Positions 51,101-64,000 of a stretch of 64,000 nt of DNA are shown one piece after another. The stretch is taken from contig JAYWIR010000058.1 of NCBI GenBank assembly GCA_036172245.1, positions 186,001 to 250,000 of the forward strand. The letters are read 5' to 3'. The position numbers were made by a program, and so were the translations under genes. Source of the stretch: Raillietiella orientalis. Taxonomy: Eukaryota. The stretch's first letter is position 1. Each line of letters starts with the position of its first letter. Under the pieces are notes generated by a model that was given only the letters and a program-made list of their open reading frames with translations, did no database searches and was not told where the DNA came from.

Positions 51101-54100
51101 AGGGCAGGGGCGAGATGCGTCTGCTCATACGAGATCCAGCATGCACAAACCTACTCTTCGTGCCGAACAAGGCGAAACCGTGCGCGGAACGCAGAACCGC
51201 CCCCAGGAGGTTCCGAAACATCCCCCTCCACGACTTGCGACTCATCAGCCTGGAGCCGATGCTTCTCGATTTCGGAGAGGTATGCGGGACGTATGGGCAA
51301 CCTCTGCTGTTTCTCTTCTCTCTTCCTACCTCTTGTGCCTCGCCTTTGCACCTCCCTTCGATTTTCTAGGTCTGTTCCGGTTTCCCGCAAACCCGGAAAG
51401 TCATGATGAGGAACAAGTGGGTTGATGACGTTAGGATCGTACTGGAAACGCATTTCGAGGAAGTGAACATGGGCGTTTCTCTATGCTGCGTTCTGCCTCC
51501 GTCCACATGCAGCGAGGTCGAGGTGGTGTTCCACAGCACAGCGGTGGGACAATGGGAAAGGTATGCATAGTGACAACGTACTGCGGCAAGCGCTCAAGGC
51601 AGCGTTCAAGAACGTCAGCACGCATGTGTAAACATGTTTTCACAGTCGCCTTCGCACACACTTAAACATGCGCGTACACAAAATGTTCAGTCCAACATGC
51701 TCCGTCGACCTCGAAAGTGTCCTCGTCCTCTGTGGGTTGCGGGCGGGTGCAGATCGTAATAACTTACCGGATGCATCTCTGATGCCCGTCCGTGAGGTGT
51801 CATCTGGGAACGCCTCCAGGCCTCGGATCTCGCAGCTTAGAACCAATCCATCGCTGTCCTTGTCCGTCAGGGAAACAGGCTTCTCTTTTCTAGGAAAGTT
51901 CCCTATCAAGTCAACGACGTCGCGCTCCGGAACTTCACCATTAGGGCTCAGGTGGTGAAGCCATCCCTCAAGGTCTCTGCTAGCGAGGTCATCTTTTCCG
52001 ACGAAGGAAGTGACCCAGAAGCGGCCAGGCAACAGGTGCTATGCCTATCAAACATCCACAATGGCTACGTGAAGTTCGCAATGAAGTTCGAGACGGGTGC
52101 CGGCAACCAGGAGGAATGCCCTTTCGTGGTTACCCCTGACGAAGGTGCGTTGAATCAGTTTGGATTTCCACCACCTCGAGTACGGAGGCGACCCATCTTG
52201 TGCGAAGAAGGCGGACACGCATGAGAAGTATGGGTAAGGCCGTGGCAGAGAAAAAAAAGGACGTCAAGAAAGCATAGCAAGAGATTGGACACAGCGTTGG
52301 AACAGAATGGAATTGGTTGAGGAAAAGATTGGTTGAGGAAGGAATACAAGAGGGATGGAAGGGAGAGTTGTGCCCTCTCTGCCTCGGCATGACCCTTTCC
52401 CTTTCTTCCCCTAGGCATGGTGGAACCTTACTCGAACCAGCTGTGCCGGTTGCTGCTGAATCCACAGAGGTCGGGACCAATCCGCGACGCTCTGCTTTCC
52501 ATCTTGCTGGAGGGAAGAGAAGACCGCCTTCAGGTGGCATGTCTGGCGCGCTTCATCTCTCCGGCAGCAGTCAAAATCCTCGGTAACCCAGTCGATCTGG
52601 GCACGGTGTCCTGCTGCTACGATGTTCACCGCACCGTTCTTGTCCGCAACCTGAACACTTTCGACCTGTGGTTCCGCTTTCGCGGACCAGCCTTCAGGAC
52701 AGCGGAACAACCTCTTGTGTGCTCGCCTCCTTCCGGTCTCATCCGGAGGAACGGAATCATCTCTCTGAATGTGACCTTTTTCCCTGGACTTCTGTCTCCC
52801 AAGGGAGGACCGTTCGAATGCTCCGGCGAGCTCCTCCTGTATCCCGGGGAAGAAGTCGCCCTCCTCCGCATTCTGGGAGTCGTGGAGGTACCCCGGGTAG
52901 AGCTGGAACCATCCCTCATCTTCTTTCGAGACATTCCCCGAGGGTGCCTTTGTACGAAGGAGTTCAAGATCCACAACCGCGGTCGCTGCCCTGTGAAGAT
53001 CCACACCGATCTCACAAAGACACCTGACTTACAGCTCTTCTCCTGCGACGGTGGCGCGTCCCTGACGCTCATCCATCAGAGGACAGCGGGTGAGCTCTGC
53101 CGCCATTACGAGATCCTTCTCGAGGAGACTTCCTCCGCAAGCCTGCAGATGGAGTTCCGCCCCAGGAGAACCTCCTCTGCCTATGATTACTTCCTTCCCT
53201 TCCGCGTTGGACATCAACGGTCTAAGGATGAGGAATCAAACAGATCAGAGGATTCCTCCGCACAGAAGAACGAGAGTAGTATCAGTCGAGGAAGCAAGCT
53301 CTCCAAGATGCTTCCTCCGCTTCCTTCCCATTCCGCGCCCTCTTCGGGGTTTGGGCTACGCGTCCGAGCCACTACTCCTGCCAACAGTCCTGTAGTCCTG
53401 GAGCCCGAAACCCTATTCTTTCGCTGCCCTTCCCGATTAGAAAGGAAGCAACACACTCATGTGCTGAGAGCATCCAGCAGCCCATTGATGAGTTCTCCTG
53501 TCGAGTTTCACCTGGATCTGACTCCTCGTTTCGCCTGCGGGAACTCTATTTTCCGCTTCTCGGTGGAGGGCAAGGAGATTACCGCAGGAAGCTCCCTCGC
53601 TCTGAATCCCGGAGCCACGATGGAACTGAAGGTCTTCTTCGAGCCTCCAGACTTCGGAATCTTTAAGCAGGAGGCCATCCTGAGAAGAGAGACGGCTGAC
53701 GCGACCTTCCCACTGGCAGCAGCCACCCTGGTGGGTCGATGGGAGAGACTGCGCTTAAATTTTGAGCCTCAAGTGCTGTTCTTCCCCTGTTGCCCTCTGG
53801 GGGTGGAGCTAAAGAGGATGATAAAGGTGACCTTCGTAGGTCATCTCCCGCGGTGGCAGAGGAGACTTCGGTGGTCCTTGGCTCAGGAAGGAGAACATCC
53901 AGGGAAAGACTGTCGCCTCGAATGCCACTTCGTGGATCCTTCCAGAGACTCTCCCATTCTTGAAGAGGCGAAAGAGGAGATAAGGAAGGACAGCGAAGAA
54001 GGCAAGACAACGGAAGAGGAGGAAGAGGATGAGGAGGACAAGGTTTCTTCTCTAGAACTGGTCGTGTGCTATGAGTCTTGTAGCAATGCGTCACATGCCT

Positions 54101-57100
54101 TCACTCTCTGCTTCTGGAACGACGACGAAGAGGAATGCAGGTATTTCTGCTCTGCCCTTCCCAACTTCAAAGTGGCTCTCCTTCTCCCACTTTCACTTTC
54201 TTCCTTCATCGTCTGCGCTCGTCTAGAGCGTTACCCTACTCCGTTGCCTCACTTCTGCTTTTCCTCACCTTCCCCACACTTTCTCCTAGATCCTACTTTT
54301 ATCACGTCTTCGCTGCTTCCCGGAATTCGATGCTTAGCTGCTACCAGTTCCATAAAGAGCTTCCTGCTGCACCCTGGACAAAGAGTCAATTCCCTTCTTT
54401 CTACTTGGGAGCAGGAGCTAGTGATCAATGCATCTGGGGTGAAGAGCCTCCCTCGGATGTCACTCCTCAAACCACCACCTATCGGCGCCCGAATGTGGAA
54501 TCGCCCTCTACGCGCGAGGGAACCTCCATCAGCCTCAAAAGTACGGGGTCGAAGATTTCCTGCACCTCCCGGACGACGGCGATGACGACGAAGACTCGAG
54601 AGACGGAGGTGCGACGGGAAGTTTTCCTCCTCCCCCCACCCTCGTTTCCTTTCTTCCCCGATCCCGAGGACGACCGTCACGGGATCTTTGCTCAGGCGCT
54701 AGCCGCCGTCGAGAAGTGCTTTGCGCTCATCCCCTTTGACGGGGCACACTCACGAGCCATCTCTGTGCCCGACGGACTCATCCGGGGGCTGTATGCCCCC
54801 CCTGGGGAAGGGAGGAACTTCTTTGAACTGTTCTCGAGAATTACGGGACGCGAACTGCGTGTCGGGAAGCGAGAGGTGGCCCTTCGGAACTGTGTGCCTT
54901 CTGCCACCAGGATCAGACGGGTCACAGAGCTCCTGAACCGGATCGCAGCCGTCCTGTCCGTGCTCCGCGAGAATGCCGACGCACCTCTGTCCCACGTACT
55001 TCCCGAGTTCCTTCTGGGCCACGAGGACTTTCGTGCATTCCTGTTGGAAGAGAAGCGAGGAGCCGTGAGGCATGTCGGCCGACATAATGCTCCCAGGCAG
55101 CCGGCGTGTCCCTCTTCCGGAGATGCCGCCGACGTCTTTGTGTTCGATGGAGACTTGCGGCCCTCCCAGTGGTACACGGACAATGAGCTGGATTATTTCT
55201 TGTCCATGGACCGGGAGATGTTTCGGAAGCTGTCGACTACCGCGTGGATGGATGTGTTGGTGGAGATGTACCAGCGCTTCTTTTCCTGCGCGGACGGTAG
55301 AGCCGAGGAAGACAGTGGTGACGAAGCAGACAGGTGGTTCTCCACACGTGAAAAGACTCTCCTTAACTGGGCTGACGAGATGCGGGAACAGCAGAGGAGG
55401 AATGTCTGGAGGGGAACAGGGCAGGAGGAGCCTCCTCCGAGGGTCGTGCACAACTTTGATGAGGATCTACAGGATTCTGTGGCTCTGATCTGCCTGTTGG
55501 CCCACCACTGTCCCTTCCTTGTGGATGGCTTTCTGAAGAGCACCCACTCGAATCCAGCCAGCAGGGAACAGATGTTCCACAACGCTTTCTGCGTCACCCG
55601 CGCTCTGGACGTTCTGGACCTGCGGTTCCCCGTTGAGCCGGAAAGCATCTTCGAGGGAGACTGGATGGAATTGCGCTTCCTGTTGGACCACCTCCACAGG
55701 ACGTTGCCCTCCTACACTCCCCGGAATAAGGTCGTATTCTCTGGAAGCCTCCATTCCAAGGTCATCGCCCACGTTCTCCTCGACAACCCTCACAGTGTGC
55801 CGATGCGCTTGAGGCCCAAACTGATTGCTGGACGCGATCTTGGGTGCTTTTCTTTCGACGGCAAATCGCCTCCATCGACTGTTGCCATCGCACCAAGGTC
55901 AAAGGCACGCTTCCACCTGCGATGCCACCTTCGCAAGATAGGGAGACAGTACGGTGAGCAAGCAGCTTCCAGTCTTTGGGTTTGTAGAACCGCAGCTTTC
56001 CCTTTCTCTTCCTCCCGGGGAGAAAGGAAAAAGGGGAGAGGGGTCTCGTCCGATTCCTGATGCGGATGCTGATCTTGCTCTGAAAGCACTCTCTTCTCTC
56101 CTGAGATCGCAGGGGAGCGGAAAAGGAAGGCGAGCAAAGTGCTGCTCAAGTGGCTACGCCCTCTCCATCCAAGCTCTCCCTCCTTCCTCACTTGAAACTT
56201 TCAACCCCCCCCCCCTATCTCTCTCTCGTCTGCCTCGCCCTTCAGCAGCATCGATAAGAAAGTTCCGACGTGGTCGTGCGGTCATGAATCACACCTTGAG
56301 GGCTCGACCGGCGCTTGTCTCCTCTTGCACTATAAGCTCAGAGCTTTGTTACTGAATGTGTGGTTAAGGAGAATGTTTCTGCCTCCTACGAAAAGTCGGA
56401 GGGGGAGCTCCTGGGTCCGACGAGATGGCTCTTCCCTTTGATCTAGCTAGCTAGTCTGGCCAGTCCTCCTCTCCTGTCTTACTGCACTCATCATCCTCCC
56501 ACGCCCACGATCGCCGAGGGAGGGCTAACGGGCTGACGGACTAAAATCCTTCTTTCCTCTTCAAGGATTCCTGCTCTTCGTCGGAGGCTGTACGGAAGGA
56601 GGGAGCGCGCAGGCGCTCGGCGTGCTCAGGCAGGCTTTCGAGCTGGAGACGCGGGTGACCGGATGCCGGCCAGAAGCGTTCACCTTCCCCTCCCGGATGT
56701 ACCAGGAGAGGAGGATTGACGTTCCCCTCCGAGTTCCCTTTTTGGAAGACGACGGCATCTTTTCGGTGGCGCTGGAGTTGAACCCTCCTTGGAGGGCAGA
56801 CAAAACGAACCCGTCCGCCTATGGGAATACCATCTTGCCCCAGTTCTTCCTCGAGGAGGAGGCTCCTCCGCCCGTCGTCATCGGACCTCAGAGCCCCGCC
56901 TCCCTGGGAATGAAGTTCTTCCCCATCGATCCATCTCAAGCCGCGAACGAGTGCTGGCTGGTCCTCGAAGGATCTCCAGAGGGGGAGGATTTTGTCATCC
57001 ATGTCTGCGCTCAGCTGAGCTATCCAGAACCCGGAGGCGTTTTCGTTCCGCCTCTGCTTCCGGTCCTCGTAGAGAGGAAATCTCCCGCCCTGCTGCTGGA

Positions 57101-59254
57101 GGGGAAACCAGGAACCGCTCTCCGAGGAGAGATGCTGATCCCTCTGGAGAACAGGCTCCTGGAAGTGGCTTGCCATCAGCTCCTGCGCTTCTGCAATTCC
57201 AGGAGGGACATCCAGGAGAAGATGGACTGCGGTAAACAGCCCGGAACATCGCTTGATTTTCTCGAAAGAGGGAAAAAGGGAAGATGCTCGCTAAAACCCA
57301 GGGGATCTCCCTGATTTGAAAACGCGCTCTTCGCTAGCGTGCCTTTGCAGCAGAAACCGTTCCCCCCTTCCCCTTCTCCCCTTTCTCCTCCTCCTCTTCC
57401 TCTTCCTTTTCAATGTCCCCGTCCTTCCGCTCTCTGGGATCCGGGGTCGGAAGCACCCGGATACGAAAGTAGGATAGACTTTCTTAAAGGCGCATGCACC
57501 CTTTGAAAGGATGGTCCCCTCTCCCTCCCCACGTTAGGGGCGAGCGACCCCTCGAAAGAACGGAGTCCGCTCCGGTTCGAGACGCGTCATGCCCGCGTCG
57601 TCACATCGGAAGCAGAGGATGAGGACTCAGAGAGAGGGGATGGAAGGAGCTATCCGTTTGGTTTCCCCTTCTTTCGGGAATGCATGAACTTCATCAGATA
57701 CGGGATAAGAGGGAGGAAGGAGGATAAACGTCCCTTTTTTTCCTACCACCCTGTTGCCGCCGGGACGCGCACGATTCCCCTCATTGTGCAGGATTTCGGA
57801 AGATCTGGGGGAGAGGTCGGAGACTCAGAGGAGCTGCCCTCCTCCGCTGCCGCGTTGCACCACTGCAGACTAGGGCTTGCACTCGTGGTCAGCCGCATGA
57901 TAGAGACGAAGCTGGAAGAGGAGGAAGGGGAAGAGGGGGAAGAGAAAAAGTGGTGACTGCTCGTCTCTGGCTTTCCGGCATTTTGCCCATCTTTTTCACC
58001 TTCTAGGGGTGGCTCCCTTCTCCCTCCTGCAGGGACTCTCGTCTACCTGCTGCTACGGACCGGATGGAGCTTCCCGGTTCCTGTTCTCTTCCTTCAAGTT
58101 CAAAGTGGACTACCGCTGCCCCACCGGGAAGTTCCGACCCGACCAGTCCGAAATCTGCAGCAATGGTGAGTCGGGGAACCGTTCTCTCACTCCCAAGGAG
58201 GAAAGAGAAAGAAAAAGAACCCCTCACCTCCTCTCCCTCCAGAATCCCAGAATGGCCTGCTGAAACTGTCCTTTTCCTTTATTCCTAATGGGCCCGGCAC
58301 ACACACCGGAACGTGCATCTTGCAAGGCATTGGCCATGCCCACGACATCCGCACCTTCCTGGTGAAGATCCTGGTGGAAAAGTGAACTGCTCGCCCCCTT
58401 CCTGCCGCGCGCAGCGGGAGCGATCCGTCCGCCGGACCCGCACTGCTACGGTTTTCCACAAAGGCAGTAGGAGGAAGGAAGCGATCCTCGGAAAAGAAAG
58501 TTGACTTCTCTGGAGCACGCACTCTTCCTGCCCTGGATTGCAGGGAAAGGATGCAGCTGGAACGAACTTGGATCCGATAAAGGAGGAAAGGGGGAAGGGA
58601 AGACTGCAGACTTTCGTGAAACTTTCGTGGACCTGCGAGCGAGAGGAGGTCCATGCCGACGGTGCACCTGCCACCTGTCTACGCATAGGCATGGAATACC
58701 GGTGTTGGGACTAATCAAAAATCCCCTTCGCTTCATCTTCCCATCCCTAGCCGACCCACCTCAGGAAGACAGCCTACGAAGGAATAATATAGAATCTTTG
58801 TTTGGCTCGTGATTTTTGAGGGTATTTGAGAAAACTGAACGTGGGACTGCACAGTGCAGGCGTCAGGAGGGATTGTGGCACTTCGTTGGCACGCACTCTC
58901 CTTCTCTCTCCTTCCCTTCCTCCTTTCTTTCTTTTTTCCTTTTCTCTATTCTGCATATGCGCGCGTGCACTGCTGCATGTAGGCGCGTGCAACTTTCTTG
59001 TGCGGGGAGGGAGATGAGGGATGAGATGGGAAGATGGGAGGACGTAAGGAACATGCCGTGTGCTCGCAGGATACGCAATGCTGGTGGCACCGAAGCATCC
59101 CTCGGCCTGTAACGACGTCGTAAGCTTCTCTCGTAATCACGTAACCTTGGCAGCCTCAGCGCTGAGACGTGCCGCACTGCTTGTAGAACATTCTCACAGT
59201 ACTGCTTACGACTCAACAAAGGGAGCAGATGACCAACAACTTTGGGAGCTATAA
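45129..59254 (+). CDS. CFAP47: Cilia- and flagella-associated protein 47 homologue (multi-exon; ASH/Ig-like repeats and calponin-homology domain)
   Basis: Approximate exons: 45130-45395, 46082-46316, 46411-46535, 49209-49601, about 50-52.1 kb, 52414-54140, 54290-55953, 56567-57231, 58007-58165 and probably 59070-59254. EKTLLNW...VVHNFDEDLQDSVALICLLAHHCPFL...EQMFHNA...LPSYTP...FSGSLH...LDNP...AGRD matches the CFAP47 CH region; IDFG/LxN repeats are Hydin-like. Start codon and terminal exon uncertain. Confidence 0.88.
46654..47258 (-). CDS. Candidate nested antisense gene or pseudogene in a CFAP47 intron; product unknown
   Basis: Three phase-compatible GT-AG exons 47258-47186, 47147-46935 and 46814-46724 (first intron 38 nt) give an open frame of about 125 aa containing YECK...NRECVC. 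Possible final RE* near 46654. Confidence 0.4.
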
Positions 59255-59399
59255 ATTAAACTCTCCTGTGACCCAAAAAACTTCGAAAACGGGAGAGAAA
59301 TGCTGAGAGAATGGTCTCAAGGTATTTCTTCAGGGGAATGACTCGAGAAAGCTTTTAGCCTTATGGCAACGCACAAATGATAGCTAGGAAGAGGGAAGG

Positions 59400-60300
59400 G
59401 AAGCTTGATCGCCGAGTTGATGAGTTCACTCCACTCTTCCTCTCTTCCATAAAGTCACTTTCCCGCTTCTTATAAACGGGAGGAAACTTTTGCACACAAT
59501 CTCCCCCTTTTGGGAACTTTGGAGCTCCCTTTCCCATCCACTCGTTTCCTCCTCCAACCTCTTTTCGCCACTCCCTTTGTAAGGACTCTGCTTCCCACGG
59601 AAACACGTGGATGTCTCACTTACTTGGCAGGTAACACGCGATCTCCATCTTTCAGTCAGCGAAAACACTGAAAGAGTCATCTGGCGTTCCCAACTCTTAT
59701 TCCTTCTTTCCTTACCTTCCAGCCTGCCCTGGTGTGAATACTTCCTCTCTTTTCCCACAAGCCACACGCCAAGTTGGTCAACAACAACAATCCGGCGGGG
59801 GAAGCTGGTTGCAGTCAGTCATCTACTCAATGGCTTTCTGCATGTAGCGAATTTTGAGATGTAACTTCTGCCCGCCTCCCCTCATCTTCCAACACACCCA
59901 ACCATCCTTCCGAAGTTCTACCTGAAAATCCCATCTCCTCTTGCCACTGTTGCTGATTTTGCCCCCCGGAGAAAGGAAATACTCTCGCGAGTTGCCGTCG
60001 CACCACAGATCTAACGTGGACAAGAACAATTGTGCAGGAGGACTCTTAGTTTCCAACTGCCATCCGGAGCGACAGCGGTTGTGGAGTGACTGCTCCGTAA
60101 CATCACATCATGCAAACCCGTTCTCTCACTTCTCTAACGTCGCACACAAGCCCACAAGGCTTTCTCATTCTCCTAAAAATTTCGTTCTAGGACGCAACAT
60201 TGGACGTTCCATTTCGTTTTCCGTGTGCAGTAAAATCACATTTCTGAAACACATCCATAAGAAACCTCCATTCTTACTATATCTGCAGAATTGTAAGCAA
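59400..60300 (-). mobile_element. Possible decayed LINE RT fragment
   Basis: GFA*CDV (YADD-like) followed by LSTLDLWCDGN; weak. Confidence 0.2.
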
Positions 60301-60499
60301 AAATAACTGTGATTTGCTGGTGAAAGCTACCCATGCATGCCCATTAGTGAGTGTGGGTGACGAGTTCTTTTTCTTTTCTTTTTTCAGCCGCAGCCACTCT
60401 TGCAACATTGGCATACTTGTTCACCCTCTTCTCTAGTTGCCTTCTTGTAATGCCGTTAAAAAAACCCGCCAAACGGATTAGCCAATAAAAAGAGCGCCG

Positions 60500-62000
60500 C
60501 ATTAGCCTGCGTGGTTTTTCTGAGAGACCTGGGCTTGAAGATCAACGCCCAGAAATCGCAGCTATTGCCCATTGGAATCCTGGACCTCTCCGCCTTAACG
60601 AAGACAGGATTTAGAGTGGTGGACGACATCGAGTACCTGGGAAGCTACATGGGCGACGCCTCGGCTTCGCAACTGCTGTGGAAAGAAATCCTGGGGGAAA
60701 GGAAAGAGGTTGCAAAATACGTCCGACCCGACTTTTGCCTGAAGCAGAGGGCAAACCTATGAAACGGAGTCCTCATTCCCAAGGTGCTCTTTGGATCTGC
60801 CTTCTGTCGGCTGGACAAACGAACGAGCAAGGAGGTGGAACAACTGCAGCGGAGGATATTGTATAAACAGTTCAAGCCACGGGGCAGGCTAAAACTGCTG
60901 TACTGATCTCGAGATAAGATCGGGTCCGGGATAAAATCGCTCGAGCGATCCGTGGATCTCCTGGACATGAGACAAACTCTGGATCTTGCCAGCAAATGGG
61001 ACGAGTGGCCTTATGCGGCGCACAGAGCCCACTCGCAGCTGCTCAACAATTCGAGAGACCTGATGTCTGCCCTAATAGGCAAACGAGGATAGTGGGGAAG
61101 CATCGATCCCACTTGGAAGCGCAAGCAGGCACTGCTGAACATGCACCATCTCAAAATAGTGCCTAGGAGTAAAGAAATTTGGAGAGACGAACTGGTGAAG
61201 ACCATCCCATGCTTCCTGCTGGTCCCTTGGGATACCAGAAAGTGGATGTTCGACAGGACAAGGATGACCATCAAGGACTGCGAGTAGTTCGCAATCAGTG
61301 GCGACCGCCAGAAAATGCGACTGTTCCGACTTACCAAGATGATGGGAAGATTTACCCACAAATATCGAGAGCTCTGGACAAATCAAGAATCCAAGTGTTG
61401 GCGCCTGATCACCAGAGGAGACATCCAAGAAGCAGTGAAGAAGAATCCTGAAGAGGATGACGCTCTGTCTGTGGCCGCCAGCCGCTACGGATGCCGCCAG
61501 GTGAACGCACTGGCGGTTAGAACCACGGTCTGGACGAGCGATTTACCACCCCACACTCAAGATGACCTCCTGATGTTTTATCACGGAGGCATCCTGAGAG
61601 GCACGAGGACGAGACACTGGTCAGGGAACGCGCAAGACGAAATGTGCAAGGCCTGTAAAGCCAGGGAAACCTAACTTCACGTGTTCACCTGTCGACACTG
61701 CGCCGGGACTAGGCCAAGCTGAAGGAGGTGACAGGCCTGCAGAGGATGGACAAGATGGAGATCCTGGAAGGGATGTTTGAAGGGAACGGCAACGTACCTC
61801 GATACAACCCAATGGTCTGCATCATCATCACCCTCTTCATCACGAGCATCGTGATGAGAAGGGCAAACATGAGGAACGGAATAAACAGCATACCAACTGT
61901 GGAAACATTGAAAGGTTTAGTGAAAAGAGGAATTGGGATCAGAAACTGTGGATGCATTCCCACTTGAACGTAGTTACATCCTGCGAAGGATTCAGGAACA
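60500..62000 (+). mobile_element. 5'-truncated, inactivated L1/Tx1-like non-LTR retrotransposon (RT C-terminus and zinc knuckle)
   Basis: LGLKINAQKS...IEYLG...KQRANL*NGVLIPKVLF...LLY*SRDKIGSGIKSL...CKACKARET*LHVFTC. Largely one frame with in-frame stops; the best-preserved TE in the window. Confidence 0.85.
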
Positions 62001-62501
62001 TTGTCAGGGGAGTAAATTCTTCACACAAACTGTGATTGGACGCCCGAAGACCAACCCCGAAAGTGAAAACTGAGAACCAGTGACATTCAAGAATAATTGT
62101 CTGAATGAAAGTTGAAAACAAATTCACCCAACAGCGAGTCGGATTTGGAAAAAGTGCGTTCTGTTTTTCTAATGCTGGTTCTACAAAGTAGGATTATCTT
62201 TTTGGTGGATCACTCAAAAAATGCATCAATAAAAAAGTTATTTATTTTGAGATTAGAATGCATTCATCTTTAGACCGGAAGAGAATCTATCTTCGTGTCC
62301 GATTACCAAAGCAAATACGTAGATCTTACGTAAATTATCATTGGACCAGTCGACAAATCACATGTGAGACAGTCCTTTCTTACTAGGTTAAGCTCTGCCG
62401 AAATTGTTCTTGTGCATCTTTTCAAAGAAATGAAAACACACAAGCAGCTCTTTTTCACAGCGGATTTAGACGTGATGCGGCTGTCGTTCCGCTAGTCTAT
62501 C

Positions 62502-63514
62502 ATGTATCTAGCGTCTACTCCTTCACCGCTGGAAGACGTACAAGGTGACGGCCGTTGGCAAAGCTTGGTAAAGTATGAATGTTTGAATTTTTAAAGGACT
62601 CTGAAGAGTATAGTGTGACTCACCAAAAAACCCAGGAAAAGCTTCCCATGACTGCTGCGGTACTACGTTTCGCATGCATCCCTTACCGAATATTAGTTTG
62701 CGGCTAATATTTGATAAGGTGAAGCCTATTTTCCTTACATAACCCATTAAGGATGTTGTGTAGATCAAATCTGAATCTGCCATATAAGTTGATACACATC
62801 CATGCTTTTAATTTTAAGTGAATTATTATTCATTTTTGTAAAGCATGACCTCTTCGTAAGTAAATGCCGAGAAGGAAACCCAGATGTACTTTTCATTGGT
62901 GATTCAATCACAGCCTTGATGACGCAAACGGATATATGGGAAAAATGGTTTCTTCCAATGAACTCTTGGAATTTTGGAATTGGAGGCGATCAGACACAAC
63001 ATCTGTTGTGGAGAATCGAAAATGGGGAACTAGAAAAGATTCGGCCCAAGGTAATGACAGTAAATGGCATGGTGGCATATAACAGGTTTGCTTGCAGGCT
63101 ATCGTCGTTCTGATCGGAACTAACAATCATGAACATTCGGCAGAGGAAGTGGCAAAAGGCATCGAAGAAATTGTCAAATCGGTTTCCAGGCAACAACCAC
63201 AGGCATGGATTTTACTCCTGGTGAGAATAACATTAAAAGAATGGGCAATTTTTGTGTCCTTGCAGACACTTCTTCCCAGAGGACAGTATCCTAACAAACT
63301 GAGGGAAAAAAATGCAAAAATCAACATACTAATGGTTGGAATAGTGAAGTCATTTAGTAAATGTCAGTTAGTAGATATTACTGCAAACTTCATTGGCAAT
63401 GATGGAACCATATCCCATCATGACATGCACGATTATCTGCACCTAACAAGACAAGGCTATGCAAAAGCCTTCCAATCTGTGTACACTTTGTTGCAACAAT
63501 TGCTTAACGAATGA
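62502..63514 (+). CDS. PAFAH1B2: Platelet-activating factor acetylhydrolase IB catalytic subunit homologue (PAFAH1B2/B3 family, SGNH hydrolase; 214 aa, 4 coding exons)
   Basis: join(62502-62567, 62844-63050, 63098-63220, 63266-63514) = 645 nt. Motifs EDVQGDGRW, VLFIGDS, NFGIGGD, IGTNN, LLPRG, DMHDYLHL. The symbol denotes the family, not one vertebrate paralogue. Confidence 0.95.
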
Positions 63515-63558
63515 AAGCATGCTTGCTGCTTCTGGAGCTGCATATAAGATCAACAACA

Positions 63559-63978
63559 TCAAGAGTCAAATAAATAGTTTGTGTCTTCTGGAGACCTATT
63601 TTCTGAAGGCAGCTGCTGGTATTTTTTAAGAAGCCATTGGCGGGATATACAATTGGACAAAAGCCGTTCATCCAAAATGACAGATAGACGATGGCCTTTC
63701 AAAAGTTCCTGAAGAGAACAACCCAGCATGTGCACATATTCTGCACACTCATCTTCACTCAAGTCATTTTCAGAACAATCTGCAAGCAGTTTATTCTCAT
63801 TTCCGGTTAAGCATCTTGAAATATTAAGCTTACAAATAGTCACAATTAAATCACAGATGAGATTGTTCCGGTATGGTTTGGTATGCAACTGAGCACACTG
63901 ATTGCAGTCCTTAAGAAGCTGACGTAATTCTATGCTCGGAATTGGCTTTTGTTCCAAAATCAGTCTCCGCATGCAGTG
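63559..63978 (-). CDS. Probable last coding exon of an unidentified gene continuing beyond the window
   Basis: About 140 open codons in AT-rich DNA after an ATTTTAG acceptor-like site, Leu/Cys-rich; convergent with the PAFAH gene. Not recognised. Confidence 0.6.
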   Translation of the reverse strand, partial: HCMRRLILEQKPIPSIELRQLLKDCNQCAQLHTKPYRNNLICDLIVTICKLNISRCLTGNENKLLADCSENDLSEDECAEYVHMLGCSLQELLKGHRLSVILDERLLSNCISRQWLLKKYQQLPSENRSPEDTNYLFDS

Positions 63979-64000
63979 CTAAAATATGACTTACTTCTAG

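Noticed and set aside
1..64000. CRISPR arrays, prokaryotic operons, nuclear rRNA/snRNA/7SL/tRNA genes
   Set aside because: No repeat-spacer arrays or diagnostic motifs seen; the genes have spliceosomal introns.

Overview
Eukaryotic nuclear DNA from an invertebrate animal (the proteins and the mitochondrial insert look arthropod-like; the species cannot be named). AT-rich, CpG-poor islands carry intact short-intron housekeeping genes: SRP9, EXOSC5/RRP46, ATP synthase OSCP, a PAFAH1B2/3-type SGNH hydrolase and the last exon of an unidentified gene. GC-rich blocks carry a multi-exon CFAP47 homologue and many heavily decayed LINE and Ty3/Gypsy remnants. The main structural feature is a near-perfect 4,695-bp inverted duplication (10596-15290 / 29710-34404) around a 14.4-kb spacer containing SRP9. 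The right arm is the source copy; the left arm carries the EXOSC5 upstream region and first 12 codons, now pointing into a retroelement field. Also notable: EXOSC5 and OSCP stop codons abut with 0 bp between them, next to overlapping opposite-strand poly(A) hexamers; an old NUMT with gene order trnV-trnL(UAG)-rrnS and an apparently T-armless trnV; and a candidate antisense gene nested in a CFAP47 intron. All calls are from manual reading; no searches were run.
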